Assembly: GCA_963735595.1 (NCBI GenBank)
Contig: CAVTLK010000005.1
Span: 384,001-448,000 of the forward strand
DNA length: 64,000 nt
DNA from: an uncultured delta proteobacterium
GTDB taxonomy: Bacteria > Desulfobacterota > Zymogenia > Zymogenales > Zymogenaceae
Direction: 5' to 3'
The notes below the pieces were generated by a model that searched no databases, was not told the origin of the DNA, and saw only the letters and a list, made by a program, of their open reading frames with translations. Both the position numbers and the translations under genes were made by a program. Each line of letters begins with the position of its first letter. Position 1 is the first letter of the stretch. Of the stretch, positions 24,202-31,681 are shown in pieces.

Positions 24202-24475
24202 GCGGTAATGACGGCGAAGTGGGTGACAGTGAGGGGATTGCCACGCCCCCTCCGGGGCCTCGCAATGACGGTAAAGTGGGTGAGCGGGATTCCGTCGTCA
24301 CTTCTCGGTCATTGCGAGGGAGTGAAGGAGATTGCTTCGCTTCGCTCGCAACAGGCTCCGCAATCCCCTTGTTGTACGGGGAAGTCGGGTGACAGTGAGG
24401 GGATTGCCGCGTCGGCCTGGCGGCCTCCTCGCAATGACCGCGAAGTGGGTGAGTGGTGTTCCGACGGCACTTCTC

Positions 24476-24976
24476 CGTCATTGCGAGGGAGCGAAGGAGA
24501 TTGCTTCGCTTCGCTCGCAACAGGCTCCGCAATCCCCTGACTATGTAGTAGATATCTATAATCACCAAGAATCTCTTCCGGTCCTTTCAAGGGATGGAGA
24601 AACAATTCTACGTCTATATCATGGCCAACGAACATAATACCGTCCTATACGTCGGAGTCACCAATGATCTGGTCCGGCGGGTCTTTGAGCATAAAGAGAA
24701 ACTCGTAAAAGGGTTTTCCAGGACGTATAACATCACCAAGCTGGTCTACTACGAGGTAGTCCAGGAAGCCGTGGCGGCCATCGCAAGGGAAAAGCAGCTG
24801 AAGGCGGGGTCGAGGGAAAGGAAGGTTGTATTGATAGAAAGCGTGAATAAGGAATGGAAGGACCTGTACGAGGAAATAGTCTAGAAGTGGAATGTTCGGC
24901 TTTTGACGGGATTTCAGTACGGTTTACGGTGACAGTGAGGGGATTGCCGCGGCCCTTCCGGGGCCTCGCAATGACG
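24476..24976 (+). mobile_element. Putative autonomous repeat element: inverted CGTC arms enclosing a GIY-YIG gene
   Basis: Left arm 24476-24537 and inverted right arm 24939-24976 bracket CDS 24594-24884; mobility is inferred. Confidence 0.55.
24594..24884 (+). CDS. Stand-alone GIY-YIG nuclease (96 aa)
   Basis: YVYIM..LYVGVT..L.RRV.EH..GF..Y..KLVYYE..AIAREKQLK..N.EW.DL. Confidence 0.93.
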   Translation: MEKQFYVYIMANEHNTVLYVGVTNDLVRRVFEHKEKLVKGFSRTYNITKLVYYEVVQEAVAAIAREKQLKAGSRERKVVLIESVNKEWKDLYEEIV

Positions 24977-25288
24977 GCGAAGTGGGTGGGCGGTGAGGGA
25001 TTCCGTCGTCACTTCACCGTCATTGCGAGGGAGTGAAACGACCGAAGCAATCCCCTTGTTGTACGGGGACAGTCAGGGGATTGCCGCGGCCCCTAAAGGG
25101 GCCTCGCAATGACGGCAAAGTGCGTCGAAGCAGGCAAAAACGCCGATAATCAGGGCTTTTAAAAGGCAAAAGCGACTTTAGACCCGCTATTGCTTTCCCG
25201 CCCGCCATAACCGCACTTTTCGGCCCTCAACCGCCCCCCGCGGGCGCAATAATAAGGCAAAACCAATTAGATTCCTCTAATTTTTTTC

Positions 25289-25317
25289 TTGACAAACCTT
25301 TCCCGGAATGGTACAAA
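25289..25317 (+). promoter_or_regulatory. Sigma70-like promoter of porin pair
   Basis: TTGACA-17 bp-TACAAA with extended TG. Confidence 0.55.
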
Positions 25318-25588
25318 ATGTTGAAATGCTGGAATAGCAGTATCGTCATGCACCTTTATGTTCCTAATATCAATGAGTAATATCTCCGGGCCCGAGGGCA
25401 ACTGAACCTACCGACAGACAACTCACCCTGCCGGGTTTCGGACGAGCGAGAGTGGAAGGAGGTGATGATGAGCGGCCGTCACGTGGAAACAGACGGTTAT
25501 TTTCCTGGTTGAAAAACAGGGTTATGTTCACGGTTTTTCAAAGTACGAGCAGGAAAGATAATTAATGGGAAAATCAGGAGGTAATTTA

Positions 25589-27328
25589 ATGAGGAAATTA
25601 TGGATTTTAGCAGTAGCAGCCATGCTGGTTGTCGCCGTTGCCGCCCCTTCGTTTGCGGCCGAGACGACCATCACGGGCAGCTACCGGATCCGCGGAGTGT
25701 CCGACTGGAACTATGACAAGAGTAATTTAGTCCCAGGGTTGATCGTAGTGCCGCCCGGCGTACCCTTGCCGTACATAGCCGGGACCGGCGAGAATACCTA
25801 CACCGGGTACTTCGACCAGCGGTTCCGGATGACCATCACCCACAAGCGCAGCGAGTTCCTGAAGGCCGTCGTCAGCATCGACATCGCTGAAGACGTCTGG
25901 GGCCAGCAGAGGAACTTCCGCGGCAACTACTCGACCGGCGGCACCGACGGTTACATCAACACGGCCTACATCGAGGCGATCACCAAGGTCGGCCTCTTCA
26001 AGCTCGGTGTTGACAACCTCGGCGGCCGGTTCGGCCACGGGACGTGGTCGGACAGCGGGATGAACGCGGGCGGCGGCGGAAACCCCGGCATCACGTGGGG
26101 CATGAAGGTCGATAACTTCATCGCCACCGTCAGCTACGTCAAGTACGTCGACCTGATCGACCAGGTATTCGCGAACAAGGCCGGTTTGCCCGCGGGCTCT
26201 CTCCGGATATGGAACGGCGGCCTCGGCAATGAGATCGGCGGAAGCGGCTCCAAGTTCTACAACGACGACCTCAACACGTGGGTCATGACGGCCCACTACG
26301 TCACCAGCAACTACAAGGTCGGGCTGCTCTACCAGCTCATCCACGACCCCAAGACGATCAGCGCGGCCTTCTTGGTCGGCGGCATTTCCGACCAGGGCTT
26401 CTTCGCGGGCGAGCCGCTGGGTATAGCGTACTTAGCGGCTATTACCGGAGCGGGCTGGCCGACCCCCACGGGCGCGATCGGCCCCCCGGCACTCGATACC
26501 GGTTTCGGGCGCGCGGGCATGTATGACGCGTACCTGCACATCGTGGCGCTCTACGCAGACCTCAAGTTCATGGACGGCAAGCTCCGCGTGAAGGCGGAAT
26601 ACGACCGGATCTGGGGCGCGGGCAACCTCAACAGCCGCGGCGACGCATTCAATACCGCGCTTGGCGCCACGGCCCTTCCGGCCATCTACCGGCTCAAAGA
26701 CATCACGGTCGACGGGCACACGGTCTACGCGGACGTCTCGTATGACTTCGATGTAGCGAAGGTCGGCGCGGCGTTCCTGTACGGCGCGGGCGAGAAGCAC
26801 TGGCGGCCGTACGCACAGACCCACTACCACTTCAACACGACCGGTAACGACGACTTCCACTGGGGCAACATCATCGTTCCGGGAGATTCGGCCCTGCTGG
26901 CCTCGGGAGCCTTCCCGCTCGGCCTGGGCAACTCCCCCGAGAACGTGACCTCGGCGAAGATCTACGGATCATTCAGCCCGATCGAGAAGCTGGACATCCA
27001 CGGCGCGGTCATCTGGGCGATGTACACCGAGCCGGTCGGCCGCTATGCGGGCGGCACCTTCGGAGTGCCTCTCCAGCCCTTCTACGGCCACCCGATGAAC
27101 TACATGAACGGCAGCTCGTCGGTGGGCTATGTTCCGGCGCACGGAAGCCACGACCTCGGATGGGAGCTTGACCTCGGCGTGACCTACCAGATCATGGAAG
27201 GCCTGAGCCTCAATTCGGAGTTCGGCGTCCTCTTCACCGGCGACGCGTTCGATTACGTGACCGCGACCGGCGACCAGGACTGGGGCAACATCTACCGGTG
27301 GGTCAATACGCTCACCTACGAGTTTTAG
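25589..27328 (+). CDS. Outer-membrane beta-barrel porin-like protein 1
   Basis: Signal peptide ending SFA, amphipathic strands, C-terminal LTYEF; RBS AGGAGG; alternative start 25565. Confidence 0.8.
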   Translation: MRKLWILAVAAMLVVAVAAPSFAAETTITGSYRIRGVSDWNYDKSNLVPGLIVVPPGVPLPYIAGTGENTYTGYFDQRFRMTITHKRSEFLKAVVSIDIAEDVWGQQRNFRGNYSTGGTDGYINTAYIEAITKVGLFKLGVDNLGGRFGHGTWSDSGMNAGGGGNPGITWGMKVDNFIATVSYVKYVDLIDQVFANKAGLPAGSLRIWNGGLGNEIGGSGSKFYNDDLNTWVMTAHYVTSNYKVGLLYQLIHDPKTISAAFLVGGISDQGFFAGEPLGIAYLAAITGAGWPTPTGAIGPPALDTGFGRAGMYDAYLHIVALYADLKFMDGKLRVKAEYDRIWGAGNLNSRGDAFNTALGATALPAIYRLKDITVDGHTVYADVSYDFDVAKVGAAFLYGAGEKHWRPYAQTHYHFNTTGNDDFHWGNIIVPGDSALLASGAFPLGLGNSPENVTSAKIYGSFSPIEKLDIHGAVIWAMYTEPVGRYAGGTFGVPLQPFYGHPMNYMNGSSSVGYVPAHGSHDLGWELDLGVTYQIMEGLSLNSEFGVLFTGDAFDYVTATGDQDWGNIYRWVNTLTYEF

Positions 27329-27392
27329 GACGGGCGTTTGTAATTGGTTTTTAGAAGTACGTAAAGACCAAGAAATTTAAGGGAGGAATTTA

Positions 27393-28820
27393 ATGAAAAA
27401 GGCATTGACAATCTTAGTCGCGATGCTGTTCCTGGTCGTGGCGGTCGGCGCTGTGTACGCTGCCGAGACGACCTTCAACGGACAGTACAAAGTTCGCGGA
27501 TGGAGCAACTGGAACTTCGACAAGAAAGTTACCGCTCCTCTCTCCGAGAGGGGACGGTACGACGGGTACTTCGACCAGAGGTTCCGCCTGACCATCACGC
27601 ACACCCGGAGCGAGTTCCTGAAGGCCGTCGTACAGCTTGACCTCGTTGAGGACACCTGGGGACAGCAGAGGAACTTCCGCATCAACAACAGCACGACGGG
27701 CAGCTTTGTCCGCAAGGCGTACATCGAGTTCACGCTTCCCAAGGTTGGGACGTTTACCGTTGGCAAGCAGCCCGCCCTCCTCGGGTACGGCCTTGCCTTC
27801 GCCGACAGCTCCGGCAACCTCGACGGCCTGACCTGGTCGAACAAGTGGGGCCCGTTAGGCGTATCGGCGATGTACTTCAAGCTGGATGACAACATCCTGC
27901 TGGGCGGAGCGAACGAGTCCTACAACCGCGACAGCCAGCTCTGGCTGTTGGACCTCGCCTACACCCCGAACGACAACCACATGATCGAGCTCTTCGGCGG
28001 TTATGCGGACTTCGACGCGGGCATGCCCATCACGCACAACTGGGCTTTCAACTGGGTTACCCCGTTAGCCCCCCCGCTCACGAACGCCTTCGATGACATC
28101 GACGCCAATATCGGCCTGGTGGGCCTTGCCTACACCGGCGAGTTCGCGGACATGATCACCGTCAAGGGCGAGTTCAGCTACCTCTTCGGCAGGGCTGACC
28201 TCCTGGATGCCGGCGGGGCCAACAATTCGAAACTCACCGGACACAACCTCTACGTTGATGTTGCGTACCACAACGACCTGATGACGGTCGGCGCGGCGTT
28301 CATCTACGGCAGCGGCGACACCTCGAGCGGCTACGGCGCCAACCACCTCAACGTCAACTTCATCCTGGCCGACGAGTTTGTCTTCGGCAACATCATTGCC
28401 TCGGGCAACGGCGGCCTGAACGACGCCTTCGGCGGCGGCCTCGGCTTCTGCGACGACATCGAGAACCTGACGGCGGCCAAGATCTACTTCGAGATCACCC
28501 CGCTCTGCTGCGGCGGCAAGCTCACGCTGAACGCGGCCGTGATCTGGGCCAAGTGGACGGAAGATGTCGGAGCCGGAACCCCCTACGGGCATCCGGTCAG
28601 CTACTACGGAAACGGCTATACTCCGTTCGGCTATGCCTCGACGGACCTCGGATGGGAAGTGGACTTCGGCCTGAGCTACGAGATCATGGAAGGCCTGACC
28701 TACAGCCTGGCCACCGGCGTCCTGTTCACCGGCGAGTCGTTTGATTATCTCGGCGGCGGTGTGAAGCAGGAATGGGGCCCGATGTGGACCGTCAACAACA
28801 ACCTGATCTACGAGTTCTAA
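27393..28820 (+). CDS. Outer-membrane beta-barrel porin-like protein 2 (paralog)
   Basis: Signal peptide, shared GYFDQRFR/RSEFLKAVV/WGQQRNFR/IMEGL blocks, C-terminal LIYEF. Confidence 0.8.
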   Translation: MKKALTILVAMLFLVVAVGAVYAAETTFNGQYKVRGWSNWNFDKKVTAPLSERGRYDGYFDQRFRLTITHTRSEFLKAVVQLDLVEDTWGQQRNFRINNSTTGSFVRKAYIEFTLPKVGTFTVGKQPALLGYGLAFADSSGNLDGLTWSNKWGPLGVSAMYFKLDDNILLGGANESYNRDSQLWLLDLAYTPNDNHMIELFGGYADFDAGMPITHNWAFNWVTPLAPPLTNAFDDIDANIGLVGLAYTGEFADMITVKGEFSYLFGRADLLDAGGANNSKLTGHNLYVDVAYHNDLMTVGAAFIYGSGDTSSGYGANHLNVNFILADEFVFGNIIASGNGGLNDAFGGGLGFCDDIENLTAAKIYFEITPLCCGGKLTLNAAVIWAKWTEDVGAGTPYGHPVSYYGNGYTPFGYASTDLGWEVDFGLSYEIMEGLTYSLATGVLFTGESFDYLGGGVKQEWGPMWTVNNNLIYEF

Positions 28821-28850
28821 GAGTTCTCAGTCGTAAGACAAAAGAACCCG

Positions 28851-28885
28851 AAAACCCCCTCAGGGAAACCTGAGGGGGTTTTTTT
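28851..28885 (+). terminator. Rho-independent terminator
   Basis: AAAACCCCCTCAGG-GAAA-CCTGAGGGGGTTTTTTT after porin 2. Confidence 0.92.
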
Positions 28886-28954
28886 ATACGCGCCGGCCCG
28901 GACGACCCCGAAAATAGTTGATTTTGACGGGAAAATGCCGTATAAACGTAGTAT

Positions 28955-29420
28955 CCGTCGCCGAGGGGACGGACGGGGCTCGCAATGACGGCGAAGTGGG
29001 TGACGGACTGAGTCGCCACGGCGCCTACGGGGCCTCGCAATGACCTTTTCACCGTCATTGCGAGGAGCGAAACAGCTTGCTTCGCTTCGCTCGCAACAGG
29101 CTCCGCAATCCCCCGACTGTCACCGTACAATAAGGGGATTGCCACGCCCCCTAAAGGGGGCTCGCAATGACGGCGAAGTGGGCGACGGGTGACAGTGGGG
29201 TGTGCGACGGCACTTCACCGTCATTGCGAGGGAGCGAAACAGCTTGCTTCGCTTCGCTCGCAACAGGCTCCGCAATCCCCCGACTGTCACCGTACAACAG
29301 GGAGGTTGCCACGGCCCCTAAAGGGGCCTCGCAATGACAATAATAATCGTCGCCGAGGGCGACGTCGTTAAGCATTGCCACGTCGGCCTGACGGCCTCCT
29401 CGCAATGACGGCGAAGTGGG
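28955..29420. repeat. CGTC palindromic repeat array (no nuclease gene)
   Basis: Five CTCGCAATGAC and two CGTCATTGCGAG arms; shares blocks with the 22.6-25.1 kb arrays. Confidence 0.9.
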
Positions 29421-29473
29421 TGGTTCTGGTGTGTGGTATGTGCGGTTCATTCAGTATTACCGGGGAATAGACC

Positions 29474-30088
29474 ATGATCGAGAAATTCCTCTATACGTGC
29501 CCCGTCTGCATGGCCGAAGAGTCTATCGCGACCGCAAAGGGGGGAGACGCCGCCTGCCGGAAGTGCGGGGCGCGTTTTTCCTACACGGAGGACTACCGGC
29601 TGGAGGTTACGACGGGGAATACGAAACAGACCATGACGCTGCGGGAGGCCTACGAGAAGATACGCGGCGGCGGGCTCACGGCGCGGTCCGACGGGGCGTT
29701 TACCCCCCAAAAGGGCGAGCGCCTGTGGGCGGCCAGTAACCGGGCCGAGCTTTTCCAGGAAGAAAAGGCGGGGATGTTCCGGGGATACAAAAAGATCAGG
29801 GCGCAGCTCTTCCGCTTCTCGCTGATCGATACCGGTAACCTCTACCTGACCGACAGGCGGCTGTTTTTCCACGGGACCCGGGACTACGAGATCGGGCTGG
29901 AAGAGCTCTCGTCGGTGACGATCGAATCGCACGCGATCATGCTGAATACGAAACGCGGCTACGCGCTGTCGGTTTCGTTTTCCCACGAGAGCGGAAAGAA
30001 ATGGGAAGACTACATCAGGAAGGCGGTCCAGAATTTCTACGGGAAGAAGATTATAGCGGAGTATCACCCGAGGATCACGTTTCATTAA
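29474..30088 (+). CDS. Hypothetical protein with N-terminal CxxC..CxxC zinc ribbon
   Basis: LYTCPVC..CRKCG; GNLYLTDRRLFF resembles PH-like strands. Confidence 0.7.
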   Translation: MIEKFLYTCPVCMAEESIATAKGGDAACRKCGARFSYTEDYRLEVTTGNTKQTMTLREAYEKIRGGGLTARSDGAFTPQKGERLWAASNRAELFQEEKAGMFRGYKKIRAQLFRFSLIDTGNLYLTDRRLFFHGTRDYEIGLEELSSVTIESHAIMLNTKRGYALSVSFSHESGKKWEDYIRKAVQNFYGKKIIAEYHPRITFH

Positions 30089-30112
30089 CGATGAGCTGCA
30101 GGAGATCGCGCC

Positions 30113-30745
30113 GTGTTTCTTGATATTGTCTACGCGGTTATCATGTTCTGCGTAAAGACCGGGCTCAGGCTGAAGTACCGGATTCACGTCGAGGGGGTGG
30201 ATAACGTCCCGAAGAAGGGCCCGGCCGTATTTCTCTGCAACCATACGAGCGTGGCCGATTCCTTCTTTATCGGCTGCTTCCTTCCCCGGAAGATCTACTT
30301 CATGGCCAAGAGCACCGAGTATGCGTTCGCCCCGGTCCGGTTTTTCCTTTACCTCTCCCGTACGTTCCCCGTCCGGCGGTACGACATAGACCCGGTTTCG
30401 CTGAGAAACGCGATGAGGGTGCTCTCCTTCGGGGGGCTGGTCGGCATCTATCCCGAGGGAGAACGGACGTGGGACGGCCAGATGCTCCCGTTCAGGACCG
30501 GGACGATCAGGTTCCTCCTGGCGGCCGGCGTGCCGATCATACCGGCGGGCATATCGGGGGCGTTCGAAAACCAGCCGCGGTGGGGGGGAAAGATCGGCAG
30601 CCCCGACGTCCGCCTTGCCATCGGGCGGCCGATCCACGCCCCGAAGATCAAGGGAAAGGACCAGACGCGCCGGGATATCCAGGCGCTTTCCGATACGATC
30701 CGCGCGCGCATATCCGAGCTCACGAAGAGGCCGTCGGCCGCATGA
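30113..30745 (+). CDS. 1-acyl-sn-glycerol-3-phosphate acyltransferase (PlsC family)
   Basis: NHTSVAD (HxxxxD), FPVRR, YPEGER. Confidence 0.9.
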   Translation: MFLDIVYAVIMFCVKTGLRLKYRIHVEGVDNVPKKGPAVFLCNHTSVADSFFIGCFLPRKIYFMAKSTEYAFAPVRFFLYLSRTFPVRRYDIDPVSLRNAMRVLSFGGLVGIYPEGERTWDGQMLPFRTGTIRFLLAAGVPIIPAGISGAFENQPRWGGKIGSPDVRLAIGRPIHAPKIKGKDQTRRDIQALSDTIRARISELTKRPSAA

Positions 30746-30843
30746 GGCCGGCGCGCGGTGAGGAAATCTCCGGCCTACCCCCGCCCGCCCGCGCGACCGG
30801 GCCGGCCCCCCGCACACTGTCCGCCAGCCGCCATACGATTCGA

Positions 30844-30871
30844 TTGACAAAGTAAGAAAATAGGCTATAAT
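30844..30871 (+). promoter_or_regulatory. Sigma70-like promoter upstream of uppP
   Basis: TTGACA-16 bp-TATAAT. Confidence 0.7.
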
Positions 30872-30891
30872 TTTATACTCAAGGGGTTCCT

Positions 30892-31677
30892 ATGCCGTTT
30901 CTCGTCGCGATTATGCTGGGCCTCATACAGGGCCTCACTGAATTTCTACCGGTAAGCTCGTCGGGACACCTGGTCATCGCGCAGCATTACCTGCCCGGGT
31001 TCTCGGAGGCGCCCCTGCCCTTTGACGTTATACTCCACCTCGGTACGCTGGTTGCCCTTGTTATTTATTTCTTCCGTGATATCAAACACATCGCGGCTTC
31101 CTTTTTCCGGTACAATGATGATGAGGCTGCTGCCGACCGGCGCCTCGGCTGGCTCATCGTCATCGGCACGATACCGGCGGGCGTCGTCGGGCTGTGCTTC
31201 AAGGACCAGATAGAAACGCTCTTTTCCAACGTCACGCTCGTGCCGTACATGTTCATCGCGACGGCCGTGCTGCTGTTCGCCGGGGAGCGGCTGGGGCGGC
31301 CCGAGAGGCCGATACGGTCCATGAGGGTCCGGGACGCGGTTATCATCGGGCTGCTGCAGGCCGTTGCGATCATGCCGGGCATCTCCCGAAGCGGCTCGAC
31401 CATCGCGGGGGGGCTCATGACGGGCCTCGAAAAAGACGCCGCGGCGCGGTTCTCTTTCATCCTTTCGATACCCGCGGTCCTCGGCGCGTTTATCCTCTCG
31501 CTGGGCGACATGACGGACGTGACTGTCCCGTTTGTCGTCGGGGCGGCCGTCGCCTGCCTCGTGGGGCTGGGGGCCATCTGGCTGACGTTTCGCTTCGTGG
31601 TGACAAAGCGGCTCTGGGTATTCTCACTTTACCTGGTCGTTGCGGGAACAATTCTCATCGCCCTGCAACACATATAG
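30892..31677 (+). CDS. uppP: Undecaprenyl-diphosphate phosphatase
   Basis: QGLTEFLPVSSSGH, PGISRSGST, FSFILSIP. Confidence 0.96.
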   Translation: MPFLVAIMLGLIQGLTEFLPVSSSGHLVIAQHYLPGFSEAPLPFDVILHLGTLVALVIYFFRDIKHIAASFFRYNDDEAAADRRLGWLIVIGTIPAGVVGLCFKDQIETLFSNVTLVPYMFIATAVLLFAGERLGRPERPIRSMRVRDAVIIGLLQAVAIMPGISRSGSTIAGGLMTGLEKDAAARFSFILSIPAVLGAFILSLGDMTDVTVPFVVGAAVACLVGLGAIWLTFRFVVTKRLWVFSLYLVVAGTILIALQHI

Positions 31678-31681
31678 GTAT

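Larger units (their letters stand above)
24206..25122. repeat. CGTC palindromic repeat array surrounding GIY-YIG gene 1
   Basis: Arms at about 24236-24270, 24308-24368, 24402-24438, 24476-24537, 24939-24976, 25018-25055, 25076-25114. Confidence 0.92.

Noticed and set aside
22669..24637. ORFs translated from the repeats (RHCEE, SLRG, LAMT, DCFA peptides), also near 29.1, 44.5 and 58 kb
   Set aside because: Recurring translations of the palindromic repeat in several frames, with no independent coding evidence
24594..24884. GIY-YIG as UvrC fragment or intron homing endonuclease
   Set aside because: Complete 96-aa stand-alone protein, intergenic, with no appended DNA-binding domain or interrupted host gene
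22625..29420. Repeat arrays as CRISPR or tRNA clusters
   Set aside because: Repeats alternate in orientation as inverted dimers with conserved spacers; no cloverleaf or T-loop consensus
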